Below, piece after piece: positions 48,852 to 58,402 of a stretch of 64,000 nt of DNA. How positions within the stretch are numbered: the first letter of the stretch is position 1; every line of letters starts with the position of its first letter. This stretch comes from a bacterium (GTDB lineage Bacteria > Patescibacteriota > Minisyncoccia > UBA6257 > 2-01-FULL-56-20): contig DAICZW010000001.1 in the NCBI GenBank assembly GCA_027310965.1, positions 37,236-101,235 of the forward strand, read 5' to 3'. The notes below the pieces were generated by a model that was not told where the DNA came from, did no database searches, and saw only the letters and a list, made by a program, of their open reading frames with translations. The position numbers and the translations under genes are program-made.

Positions 48852-49916
48852 TTATTTTCTCTCGGCGAGCGTCACGGCGGCGTCGAACTGTTTTCCGCCG
48901 CGGAGGACGACGAGCGTGATTACGTCGCCGACGTTTTTGTTTTCCAAAAGATCCTGGATGGGGCGGGTGCGATCCAGTTTTTTTCCGTCAAGCGCGAGGA
49001 CGATATCTTTTTCCTTCAACCCGGCTTTTTCCGCGGGACTGCCAGGAACGACCGCGCTGTCGCGCGCGCTTTCGCGGACGACGAGCGCGCCGTAATCGAT
49101 CGGCAGTTTCATTTTTTCCTTCAGCGTGTCGTCGATCATGATATAGCGGAGGCCGAGGAGCGGCCGGCGGATGCGCCCGTAATTTTTCATATCGTCGAGA
49201 TCGCGTTTCGCGGCGTTCACGGGGATAGCGAAGCCGATGCTTTGCGCGCCGGAAACAATGGCGGCATTTACGCCGATGACAAGACCCTTCGCGTCGACGA
49301 GCGGTCCGCCCGAATTGCCGGGATTGATCGCGGCGTCCGTCTGGATGAGGCCGCGCATTTCCTGCGGCGGGTGATCGGGGTCCGCCTGCGCCATAATGGA
49401 GCGCGAGAGGCCGGAAACGATGCCGAGCGACACCGTATTTTTGAAAATGCCGAGGGCATTGCCGATCGCGATCAGGCTTTGCCCGAGCTGCAACTTTGTC
49501 GCGTCGCCGAGTTTGAGGAAGGGAAGATTCTCTGATGGGATTTGCAAAATGGCGACATCGTTGATGGGATCGCGGCTCAATATCACCGCGGGAAATTTCT
49601 GCCCGTCGTTCAGTATCACCGTGTATTCCGCCTGCGGATCGCTGATAACGTGCTTGTTCGTGAGAATGATGCCGTTCGCGCTCACAATGAACCCCGAACC
49701 GCCGCCGACTTCCACCATGCCGCGTTTGTCCACCATGAAATCGGGAATATCTATTTTTTCTTTTTCGACGGGCTTATTGTTCGCCGCGCCGTCTGCGGCA
49801 GGGGAGGATTCCTGCGACAGCTCTTTTTCAAGATCGGCAAGATGTTTCGCGATGGCGATCGAAACCACCGCCGGCATCACCTTTTTGATTATCGCAATCG
49901 TTTTTTTGTCGTTCAT
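48852..49916 (-). CDS. HtrA/DegP-family serine protease with PDZ domain
   Basis: Catalytic triad context TNKHVI...D...GNSGGPLV, and a C-terminal PDZ. Confidence 0.9.
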   Translation of the reverse strand: MNDKKTIAIIKKVMPAVVSIAIAKHLADLEKELSQESSPAADGAANNKPVEKEKIDIPDFMVDKRGMVEVGGGSGFIVSANGIILTNKHVISDPQAEYTVILNDGQKFPAVILSRDPINDVAILQIPSENLPFLKLGDATKLQLGQSLIAIGNALGIFKNTVSLGIVSGLSRSIMAQADPDHPPQEMRGLIQTDAAINPGNSGGPLVDAKGLVIGVNAAIVSGAQSIGFAIPVNAAKRDLDDMKNYGRIRRPLLGLRYIMIDDTLKEKMKLPIDYGALVVRESARDSAVVPGSPAEKAGLKEKDIVLALDGKKLDRTRPIQDLLENKNVGDVITLVVLRGGKQFDAAVTLAERK

Positions 49917-50209
49917 GTTCGATGTTCCGTTGTTAGAGTGTCGTAATTGTTCTCATGAACCTATCGGACATTAGAACATTCAAACATTACAACGCGCTTC
50001 TTTGCTTCATTATAGCATACTTCCGTGAAAATCGGCGGTTTTCTCGCTGAAAAATCCTTTTAGAATCTTTTAATGTTCAATATGGCAGAATAAGACAGGT
50101 TCCGGGACTCATCATAAAACAGATCGCTCGGGCGCCTGATTGCGGATGTTTTAATATCGTCGTATTATAAAAATAACACATCCGCTCTCTTTGCTTATAA
50201 ATAAATAGC

Positions 50210-50974
50210 ATGCGCATATTGCTCATTGAGGATGAGAAGGGTATTGCGGATTTTATTATAGCCGGGCTGCGCGCGGAACGGTTCGCGGTGGATTGGGCGA
50301 GTACCGCCGAAAAAGGACTGCTTCTGGCGAAAGTCAATCCGTATGATGCGGGGGTCTTCGACATACGGCTTTCGGACCCGTCCTCCGGCGCTTTACCTTC
50401 CCATGTTTTGTCGGGCAAAACCGTCGGCGTTTCGTCCCATAAAATTTCGGATGGCAAAGTCTGGGGCGGCGAGCGTGACGGGCTTTGTATTCTGGAAGAA
50501 GTGCGCAGGAAAGGAAAAATATTTCCGATCATCATGCTTTCGGTGACGGGCGACGCGCAGACGAAAATCGACGCCCTGAACCTCGGCGCCGATGATTATC
50601 TGACGAAGCCGTTCTCTATGGCGGAACTTATCGCGCGCATCCGCGCGCTCTTGCGCCGGGAAAAGAAAATAACGGAGCAGGTTCTCGCCGTTGCCGATCT
50701 TACGATGGACACGCGTGCGCATACGGCTGCGCGCGGCGGCAAGCCGGTAAAACTGAACCGCAAGGAATTCGCGCTGCTCGAATATTTTATGCGGAATCCC
50801 GGAACGATGCTCACGCGGAGCATGATTCTGGATCACGTGTGGGACATGAGCGTGGATCCGTTCACGAACACGGTGGATGTCCATATGCGGTTCCTGCGGG
50901 AGAAGATTGATGACGGGCGCAAGAAAAAATTATTGAAGACCGTGCACGGCTACGGATATAAAATAGAGGAATGA
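50210..50974 (+). CDS. OmpR-family response regulator with a ~32-aa insertion in the receiver domain
   Basis: MRILLIEDE...DIRLS[insert DPSSGALPSHVLSGKTVGVSSHKISDGKVWGGER]DGLCILEEVRR...KPF, and a winged-helix C-terminus (LLEYFMRNPGTMLTRSMILDHVW). Confidence 0.85.
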   Translation: MRILLIEDEKGIADFIIAGLRAERFAVDWASTAEKGLLLAKVNPYDAGVFDIRLSDPSSGALPSHVLSGKTVGVSSHKISDGKVWGGERDGLCILEEVRRKGKIFPIIMLSVTGDAQTKIDALNLGADDYLTKPFSMAELIARIRALLRREKKITEQVLAVADLTMDTRAHTAARGGKPVKLNRKEFALLEYFMRNPGTMLTRSMILDHVWDMSVDPFTNTVDVHMRFLREKIDDGRKKKLLKTVHGYGYKIEE

Positions 50975-50984
50975 GGACTACGTT

Positions 50985-51060
50985 TTTCCTCTTCGGAAGC
51001 AGGGGCTCTCTTAACTGCTTCCGAAGAGGAAAAACTCCGTTTGTGGCAGAAGCAACGGAA
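50985..51060. repeat. Long perfect hairpin with the conserved loop GGGCTCTCTTAA (bidirectional terminator candidate after the response-regulator gene)
   Basis: TTTTCCTCTTCGGAAGCAG-GGGCTCTCTTAA-CTGCTTCCGAAGAGGAAAAA followed by CTCCGTTTG...AATAAGAAAC, as in the 61011..61210 array. Confidence 0.6.
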
Positions 51061-51162
51061 TGGCTTTTTTAAAACTCCTTTGCGAATAAGAAACGCTTTG
51101 TCCGGCGAAAGGAAATATGAAAACGGATTTTTTAATATAATAAGTCTTAATATAATAACGCG

Positions 51163-53325
51163 GTGAATAACGGATTGCTTTTGCAATATGTCGTTATCGG
51201 CCTTGATCTGGCGGTTGCTTTTCTGGTGCTTGTTGACCGTCCGAGAAATCCGTTCAACCGCTCGTTTTTCATTTTCGCTTTCGGCGCCGCGCTATGGATC
51301 TTTTGCGCGGACATGGTTTCGCTCGGAAATAACCTCGCGTTCTTCAGGCCGGCATTATGCGGCGCGGAGATCATGATCTTGGGTTTCGTCCTTTTGGCGA
51401 AATTTTTTCCGGGCGACAAAGAAGACAACGGAAAAATAACGGGGAATTTTTTATTTTTTCTCCTTCCGTGGCTTATCATTTTCATCCTTACTTTCTCGCA
51501 ACTCATCATCCGTTTCGCCGATATCAATAACGACGGCTACCTCGATGCGGTCGGCGGCATCCTCGTTCCGGCGCGTTTTGCGGTGATGGCGGGATATCTT
51601 CTATGGAGCAGTTTCATATTTTTCGGGAAGTACCGGAACCTTGCGCCGTCCGCGCGTGTCCGGAATTTTTCTTTTGTCGCCGGCGCGGGCTTATTCGCCG
51701 GCGCGGTGCTTTCGTGCGATGTTTTCTTTCTTATGTTCCGCATTTTCGGCATGGCGATGATCGGCAGTCTGTTTTCCCTTTTTTTCACGGGATGCATGGC
51801 GTACGCGATCATGCGCTACCGGCTCATGGATATCCGGCTGATCGTAAAAAGAGGGGCGGTCTATGTTATCGCCATATTCATGGTCGCCGTTTTTTATTTC
51901 GGAGCATCTTTTTTCCTTCAGGAATTTCTTCATGATAACGACGCCCTTACGTATCCGGCAAGCGCCGTTGCGGCCGCTGTCTTGTGCGTGTTCGGGTTTC
52001 TCTACCTTAAACGCGAATTCGAGGAAATAACCGACCGTTTTTTCTTCCGCGGTGAATATGATTATTTTACGGCTGCGCGCGACCTGAGGAATGCATTTTG
52101 CTCCACGATTGCCCTCGATGATTTTCTCGGGTCCGTAAGCGGTGTTTTTTCCGATACCATCAAGCCGGAACGGATCGTTTTCTTTCTTGATACCGCGCAT
52201 CAGCCGTATTTTTTCGACGGCGTTTCGCGGAAGCCGCCGCCTTCCGCCGCCGAAAACCGTTACGGAGAACTGATTAAAAACTTCCGTGCGCTTCCTTCGG
52301 AACCTGTTTTTATGGAAGAGCTGGGACGCGCCACGAACGATGTCCAGCCGCGGCGGAGGAAAAAATACGAATCGCTTTGCGTCGCCGCAAAAAGAGCGCG
52401 CATCGGCGCAATCATCCCGATTTTTTCGAAAGAAAAAATAAGCGCGATTTTATTGCTGGGCGATAAGCGGTCGGAAGTTCCGTTTTCTTCGAAAGACAGG
52501 GAATTATTGTCGATCGCTTCGCATCAGGCGGGCATGGCGATCGAGAATGCGATGCTGTATGCGGCGCTGCGCCGCCATACGGAAGAACTTGAACGCCGCG
52601 TTTACGAACGCACGGAGCGGATAAAAAACATGTACGACGGGCAGGCGCGATTTTTGGCGGATCTTTCGCACGAATTCCAGACGCCGATTTCGATATTGAA
52701 AGGGAATATCGAACGTCTGGAGAAAATAAACAGCACGAAAGGCAGGGACGAATTTTATGCAATGGAAACGACGCTTGACCGGCTTTCGCGCCTCATCCGC
52801 GACGTCCTGGGTCTGGCAAGGTTAAATTCTTCTAAAACAAACCTTGCGAAGAAGCGGGTCAATGTGGAAAAATTGATCGAGGAGGCGTACGATGACTGTC
52901 TTACTCTCGCGAAAAACAAAGGCATCGCGTTGTCGTTCTCAAGCGAGAAATGTTTTATTTGCGGAAGTGTCGATAAATTAAAGGAAGTTCTTTTGAACCT
53001 GATCGGTAACGCATTGAAGCATACGCCCGCCGGCGGCGCCATTATGCTTTCCGCGAAAGCCGTCGATGACGAGGTTGCCCTCGCGGTTGCGGATACCGGA
53101 TCGGGGATTTCCCATAAAAACCTCCCGCATGTTTTTGAAAGGTTTTATAAGATTGACGGCGCGGGTTTTACGGGAACGGGGCTTGGTCTTTTTATCTGCC
53201 GCCAGATCATCGAGGCGCATAACGGCACGATCATTGCGGAGAGCCAGCCGGGGAACGGCAGCCGTTTTATCATTCACCTGCCTGCCGCGCCGTTACGCAA
53301 TCGGAAAAAATTTGATATAATATAA
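51163..53325 (+). CDS. Sensor histidine kinase (multi-TM sensor, GAF-like, HisKA and HATPase_c domains)
   Basis: H-box LADLSHEFQTPISIL; N, G1 and G2 boxes (NLIGNALKHT, DTGSGI, GTGLGLFICRQIIEAHNG). Confidence 0.85.
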   Translation: MNNGLLLQYVVIGLDLAVAFLVLVDRPRNPFNRSFFIFAFGAALWIFCADMVSLGNNLAFFRPALCGAEIMILGFVLLAKFFPGDKEDNGKITGNFLFFLLPWLIIFILTFSQLIIRFADINNDGYLDAVGGILVPARFAVMAGYLLWSSFIFFGKYRNLAPSARVRNFSFVAGAGLFAGAVLSCDVFFLMFRIFGMAMIGSLFSLFFTGCMAYAIMRYRLMDIRLIVKRGAVYVIAIFMVAVFYFGASFFLQEFLHDNDALTYPASAVAAAVLCVFGFLYLKREFEEITDRFFFRGEYDYFTAARDLRNAFCSTIALDDFLGSVSGVFSDTIKPERIVFFLDTAHQPYFFDGVSRKPPPSAAENRYGELIKNFRALPSEPVFMEELGRATNDVQPRRRKKYESLCVAAKRARIGAIIPIFSKEKISAILLLGDKRSEVPFSSKDRELLSIASHQAGMAIENAMLYAALRRHTEELERRVYERTERIKNMYDGQARFLADLSHEFQTPISILKGNIERLEKINSTKGRDEFYAMETTLDRLSRLIRDVLGLARLNSSKTNLAKKRVNVEKLIEEAYDDCLTLAKNKGIALSFSSEKCFICGSVDKLKEVLLNLIGNALKHTPAGGAIMLSAKAVDDEVALAVADTGSGISHKNLPHVFERFYKIDGAGFTGTGLGLFICRQIIEAHNGTIIAESQPGNGSRFIIHLPAAPLRNRKKFDII

Positions 53326-53331
53326 TCATTC

Positions 53332-54099
53332 ATGGCGCAAGCAATAATCGAGACCAAAGAAAAGAGCGGCATCTACCTTCAAAAAGAAGGGGACATGATT
53401 TTGGACGGCGGGGATAAGACGTACGTTTTAAAACTGCGCGATCTGCCGGCGGAAGAAAAGCCGCGCGAGAAACTGATCAAGCACGGTCCGGCGAACCTCT
53501 CCGTCGCCGAACTGCTTGCCATCATCCTGAACGTCGGTACGAAAAAAGAGGATGTGCTTGCGATGTCGCGCCGCCTGCTCAAGGAATACGGCGACAGTAT
53601 CATCGTCAATCAGAAAGATCCGCAAAAAGTGAGCGAACTTTTGGGAATTCCCATTGCGAAAGCATGCCAGGTGGTCGCATGTTTCGAGCTGGGGCGGAGA
53701 TTTTTCAAGATGCCGGACGGCGGCGCGCCGATCGTGCTCCGGACGGCGCGGCAGGTGTACGACCATCTGAAAGATATGCGCGACCTGCCGAAGGAGCATC
53801 TGCGCGGGCTGTATCTGGACAGCCATTACCAGCTTATCCATGACGAAGTGATCTCCATCGGGAGCTTGACGTCGAACATCATCCATCCGCGGGAAGTGTT
53901 CCGGCCGGCACTGGAATATTCGGCGACGGCGGTTATCCTCGCGCATAATCATCCGTCGGGTATCGCCGCACCGAGCGAGCCGGATATCGCGATCACGAAG
54001 CAGATCATCGAAGCGGGCAAGATCCTCGGCATCAGTCTGCTTGATCACGTGATTGTCGCGAAAAATAAATTCGAAAGCATTCCCGCGGAGTACGAGTGA
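53332..54099 (+). CDS. radC: RadC-like JAB/MPN-domain protein (UPF0758)
   Basis: HNHPSGIAAPSEPDIAITKQI JAMM motif and an N-terminal HhH-like region. Confidence 0.85.
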   Translation: MAQAIIETKEKSGIYLQKEGDMILDGGDKTYVLKLRDLPAEEKPREKLIKHGPANLSVAELLAIILNVGTKKEDVLAMSRRLLKEYGDSIIVNQKDPQKVSELLGIPIAKACQVVACFELGRRFFKMPDGGAPIVLRTARQVYDHLKDMRDLPKEHLRGLYLDSHYQLIHDEVISIGSLTSNIIHPREVFRPALEYSATAVILAHNHPSGIAAPSEPDIAITKQIIEAGKILGISLLDHVIVAKNKFESIPAEYE

Positions 54100-54230
54100 T
54101 ACCGATCATCGTTTAAGCAAGTTTTGTTTCGACCGCCGTCCCATTTTGGCGGCCGTCAAGATGGGACAGCGGGTCCGAAAAAGGTGATTTTTATGAGGTC
54201 ATCTATTTTTACGGCGCATGATGATATATA

Positions 54231-54956
54231 ATGGCTTTTATGGTTGTTTACTCTTCGGTCAGAAAGGCATATAAGAAGCGCGTGGCGGTCACGGATTTTT
54301 CGCTTTCGGTTTCGGCGCCGATATTCGGATTTTTGGGCGCGAATGGCGCGGGGAAAACGACGATTATGAAAATGACCGTCGGACTTTTGGCGCCAACGAG
54401 CGGCACGATTATGATCGACGGACAGCCGTCATCCGCGCCGGTTTCGAAGAACAAGATCGGGTTCATGCCCGAAACGCCGTATTTTTACGAAACGTTCACG
54501 GGGATGGAATTTATGAAATTCTGCGGAGAACTTTACGGTCGCCGCGGCTCTGCCTTCAATTCGTTCGCGGGCGGACTTTTGAAGAAAGTCGGCATTTACG
54601 GCGCGCGCGATTATCAGATCCGGACGTATTCAAAGGGCATGCGTCAGCGTCTCGGGTTCGCGCAGGCGCTTGTGAACGATCCCGAATATCTTTTTCTCGA
54701 TGAACCGCTGGACGGCCTTGATCCCGTCGGGCGGCGCGAGATGAAGGACGTGATGCGCGATCTCCGGCGCGACGGCAAGAAGATATTCCTCAACACGCAC
54801 ATTCTCTATGACGTCGAAGAGATGTGCGAAGAGCTCGGCGTTTTGCATCGCGGGCGTCTTCTCTATGCCGGTTCCGTCAAGGAATTTTGCGCGGGAAAAT
54901 CGCTCGAAGAACGGTTCGTCGAAGTCGTCGGAGCGTCGGGTTCTCAAGAGTTGTAG
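54231..54956 (+). CDS. ABC transporter ATP-binding protein
   Basis: Walker A GANGAGKTT, signature YSKGMRQRLGFA, Walker B LFLDEP. Confidence 0.85.
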   Translation: MAFMVVYSSVRKAYKKRVAVTDFSLSVSAPIFGFLGANGAGKTTIMKMTVGLLAPTSGTIMIDGQPSSAPVSKNKIGFMPETPYFYETFTGMEFMKFCGELYGRRGSAFNSFAGGLLKKVGIYGARDYQIRTYSKGMRQRLGFAQALVNDPEYLFLDEPLDGLDPVGRREMKDVMRDLRRDGKKIFLNTHILYDVEEMCEELGVLHRGRLLYAGSVKEFCAGKSLEERFVEVVGASGSQEL

Positions 54957-55037
54957 TGCCGGAGTGTTCTATGGTTGTCATTGAAAATACAATACTGCGC
55001 ACAATAAAACATTAGAACATTAGAATATTTTATCATC

Positions 55038-55802
55038 ATGCATACTGTCCTTGTCATCGCAAAAAATACGTTCAAGCTTGAGATCCGCAACAAAATACTC
55101 TATGCCATCCTCGGGTTCGGCGTTCTTTATGCGGTCGTGATGCTTTTTCTGTCGGATCTCGTGCTTCAGGAGCTCCCCATGGTGAAAAGTTTCGGTCTTT
55201 TGGGAATTTATTTTTTCAATGTTATCGTGGCTCTTTTTCTCGGCACGACCTCGTTCCATAAAGACATTGAGCGGAAGATCGTTTATTTCATCCTTGCGAA
55301 ACCGGTCTCGCGGGCGCAATTCGTCATCGGAAAATTCACGGGGCTGTGCCTTGTCCTACTCTCATCGAGCGTCATGCTCGGCGCCGTATATTGCGGCGTC
55401 ATCGCATACGCGCACGGAGGGTTCGACGCCATGGGGCTTCTTGCGATCGCGATGCAATTCCTTGAAATGGCGCTCTTTCTCGCGTTCGCGATTTTCGTTA
55501 CGACGTTTTCAAGTTCGCTCTTGTCCATCGTCTACACTTCCGCCGTGTTTTTTGCGGGGCATATCGTGAGCTCGATCCTTGTCGATGCGAAGGCGATCGG
55601 GATCGGCGGTTTCAAGCTTTTGGCCGTCGAGGCAATGTATTACGTCCTTCCGAACCTTGAGAAATTCAATATCCGCGATTTCGCCGTGCATCCCGTCGCA
55701 ACGCCGTTCACTTTTTTCTTCATGGCGTTGTGTTATGCCGCCGCGTATATCGCGCTTCTTCTTTTTGCCGCCATCTGGATTTTCGAGAAGAAGGAATTAT
55801 AA
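55038..55802 (+). CDS. ABC-2 type transporter permease
   Basis: 254 aa with 6 TM segments, immediately downstream of the ABC ATPase. Confidence 0.7.
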   Translation: MHTVLVIAKNTFKLEIRNKILYAILGFGVLYAVVMLFLSDLVLQELPMVKSFGLLGIYFFNVIVALFLGTTSFHKDIERKIVYFILAKPVSRAQFVIGKFTGLCLVLLSSSVMLGAVYCGVIAYAHGGFDAMGLLAIAMQFLEMALFLAFAIFVTTFSSSLLSIVYTSAVFFAGHIVSSILVDAKAIGIGGFKLLAVEAMYYVLPNLEKFNIRDFAVHPVATPFTFFFMALCYAAAYIALLLFAAIWIFEKKEL

Positions 55803-55900
55803 AAGATGTTTTAGTGTTTTATATGTTATGGCGCAACGAAGAACGCAGCGAAAACGTTGTATCATTACATCATGAGAACATTGCAACACCTTTTCGCATT

Positions 55901-56746
55901 ATGAAAACCGACATTGCATTTAAATCGATAGTCGTTGCCGCGCTTTTCGCCGCCGTTATTTTTTTCCAGTACGGCTATGACGCGACGGCGGTTGCAACGG
56001 CAGCAGGGACCGCGCCCGTGCAGCTTTCTCCCGGCTTTGTCCGCACCGTCGATATGGGGTTCAATGCGCCCATCGCGTCATTTGCGTGGATCGGCACGAT
56101 GCCGGATATCATCGATCTTTTCCTGAACGGCAAGACGGAATATTTTTCCGGCCTTGATTTCGTGACGGGCGTCGATCCGAAGCTGAGCTACCCGTACGCT
56201 TTTTCCGTCATCACCGTTCCCGCCGTGGCGTCGTATCCGAATGCCGTGCAGACGGCGAATGCGATAGGCGCGCGCGGGCTCGCGGCGGCCGATCCCGACT
56301 GGCGGATACCGTTTTACATGGCGACGAATTATTTTCTCTATCTCAAGGACAAGGAAGACGCGCTCCGGTATTACGACATTGCCGCGCGGACGCCCGGCAT
56401 TCCGCCGGTCTCGCAGCGCTTTGCAATTAATTTCAGCATCGGATTTGGGACGCGCGCGCAGATGGAGAATCTTTGGAAAACGATCCGCGACACGACAAAC
56501 GACCCGTCCATGAAACAGCGCGCGCAGGCGTATATCGACCGGTTCGATGCGCTTGATTATCTTGAAGCCGCGGCGAAGCAATACAAAACGGAGTACGGCG
56601 CGTTTCCGAAAACGCCGAACGATCTTGTGGCGAAACATATCATCCCGCAAATTCCGCAGGACCCGTTCGGCTATGCGTTTATTTTCAACGCCGACGGTAC
56701 GGCGACCGTCGACATCGCGCACCCGCCGGCCGTGATCGGGCAGTGA
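55901..56746 (+). CDS. Exported/membrane-anchored hypothetical protein
   Basis: Start moved to MKTDIAFKSIVVAALFAAVIFF (signal/anchor). No recognisable family. Confidence 0.5.
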   Translation: MKTDIAFKSIVVAALFAAVIFFQYGYDATAVATAAGTAPVQLSPGFVRTVDMGFNAPIASFAWIGTMPDIIDLFLNGKTEYFSGLDFVTGVDPKLSYPYAFSVITVPAVASYPNAVQTANAIGARGLAAADPDWRIPFYMATNYFLYLKDKEDALRYYDIAARTPGIPPVSQRFAINFSIGFGTRAQMENLWKTIRDTTNDPSMKQRAQAYIDRFDALDYLEAAAKQYKTEYGAFPKTPNDLVAKHIIPQIPQDPFGYAFIFNADGTATVDIAHPPAVIGQ

Positions 56747-56810
56747 CGGGCTTTTCAGGAGATTTTCGTCCGCGTAAGTAAAACTTAATATTTGATGGTA
56801 TATTTATTAA

Positions 56811-57746
56811 ATGACAGGAATTTCGAAGTATATCCAATTTTTCAAGCGGCGTCGCGCGGACGCCGGAAAAGGCTGCTATAAAAAACCGAAAGTCGTGTTG
56901 GTCGATATCGACGGCACGGTCATAGAGCCCAAAATAAAAATGTTTACCTTGGCCGAACAGAAATTCGGAAAAGAAATAATGGCGAAGATCGAAAAGGAAA
57001 AAATACGTCCGTTAAGAAAAGAAATGACGGAAGGGAAAATCAGCTTTGAGAAGTACCTTCTCGAACTTTCGAAAATCAATATAGCACTGGGCCAGTCATA
57101 TCGGGATTATAAGGATTTTTTCTTTGATGTTGCGGAAAAAAAGCTCATCAATGAGCCGCTTGTCCGCGCTTTGGGCAATATAAAGAGAAAAAATAAAATT
57201 AAGGTTATCTTTCTTACGTCAAATTTGAGAGTCTACGGGGAAATTATCGCCGATAATGTTTTAAAATTATTGGGAGAGAAGGGAAAATTCGACGGGTGCG
57301 TCGGAGAAGAAAAAGAGTTCAATGAAAAAGGAAAAGGGAAGGCGATAAAAGTGAAAAGCATCATCAGCCACAGAAACGCGGTTTGCGAAGGGGTGAAATT
57401 CATGACCAAAATCGCCGCCATAAAAGAATATTTCAGGAAAAATAAAATAAACGTGAAAGACGAAGCAGTGGCGGTCATAAGCGACGCGGATACCGCTCTT
57501 ATGAAGCACTTCGGGCTTGGCGGATTGGTGCTGTATCCGTGGCGGGAGCTTTCCGACCAGTTCAGGCATATTGAGTACGTGAGGAATGCGCGAAAAGGAC
57601 TTTTCGATTTTTGCGTCGATTATCGGAAAGAAAAAGATCTTCCGGTCGCGCAAAAAAAGTGGGAGCTGATATTGGACAATCCCGCCGTTCTGGAATTTTC
57701 TGACATAAAAATAAAAGCGATATTAAAAAATGGCGCAAAAAAATAA
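56811..57746 (+). CDS. HAD-like hydrolase (DxDGT motif) encoded in an AT-rich island
   Basis: VVLVDIDGTVIE motif I. Lys-rich, visibly lower GC than the flanks. Overlaps the next gene by 17 nt. Confidence 0.55.
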   Translation: MTGISKYIQFFKRRRADAGKGCYKKPKVVLVDIDGTVIEPKIKMFTLAEQKFGKEIMAKIEKEKIRPLRKEMTEGKISFEKYLLELSKINIALGQSYRDYKDFFFDVAEKKLINEPLVRALGNIKRKNKIKVIFLTSNLRVYGEIIADNVLKLLGEKGKFDGCVGEEKEFNEKGKGKAIKVKSIISHRNAVCEGVKFMTKIAAIKEYFRKNKINVKDEAVAVISDADTALMKHFGLGGLVLYPWRELSDQFRHIEYVRNARKGLFDFCVDYRKEKDLPVAQKKWELILDNPAVLEFSDIKIKAILKNGAKK

Positions 57747-58275
57747 AATAATCATCGCGTTATATGGTCCTGCGGGAACGGGAAAAACCGCGGTTGCCGG
57801 AAAACTTTGCAGGAAATTACCCGGCAAAACGGCGAGAATTTCCGTGGACATATTGCGGGACATGACGTGCCTGTGTTTTGGCAGTTGGAAAGAAAGCGAT
57901 GCCCATATAACATTAGGGAAAAAAACAGCCGTGCTTTTGGCGAAGGAATACGTGCGACGGGGATATAACGTGGTTATCGAAGTGGCGCCGCCCACGATAT
58001 ACGATAAGGGAAAAACCGATAAATGGCTGGCGCTTTCTTTGAAGAAAATGGGAGCCCGTGTTTTTCTTCTTGATGCGCCGCTGGCATCGGTCCTGAAAAG
58101 AAATAAAAAACGGAAAGGGGAATTCGGACAAGGCAATTTGAGCGGGAAATTAACCGAGAAACTTTATGGTTATTGCCAAAAATACCTTGATAAAAAAGAT
58201 TACATTATCATTGATACGGAAAAAATCGGCGCGGACAAAACGGCGGCGCTGATTCTGAAAGCAAAAAATCATTGA
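57730..58275 (+). CDS. P-loop small-molecule kinase (AAA_33 / chloramphenicol-phosphotransferase / zeta-toxin-like fold)
   Basis: Walker A ALYGPAGTGKTAV, followed by ISVDILRD (CPT-like substrate-binding Asp region). Confidence 0.55.
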   Translation: MAQKNKIIIALYGPAGTGKTAVAGKLCRKLPGKTARISVDILRDMTCLCFGSWKESDAHITLGKKTAVLLAKEYVRRGYNVVIEVAPPTIYDKGKTDKWLALSLKKMGARVFLLDAPLASVLKRNKKRKGEFGQGNLSGKLTEKLYGYCQKYLDKKDYIIIDTEKIGADKTAALILKAKNH

Positions 58276-58301
58276 CTATCCACCGCGTGCGTGGTAATAT
58301 T
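58273..58301 (+). promoter_or_regulatory. Putative sigma70 promoter of purB
   Basis: TTGACT, 17 nt, TAATAT. The leader contains a GACCGTTcaACGGTC hairpin followed by a T-run, which could be an attenuator. Confidence 0.5.
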
Positions 58302-58402
58302 TTCATTACAAAAACGACCGTTCAACGGTCATTTTTCAGCTCATTTAAAATTGAATAAAGATAAAAATCTTAAAAGCGCGGAATGCGCAAGGGAGGAAAT
58401 CA

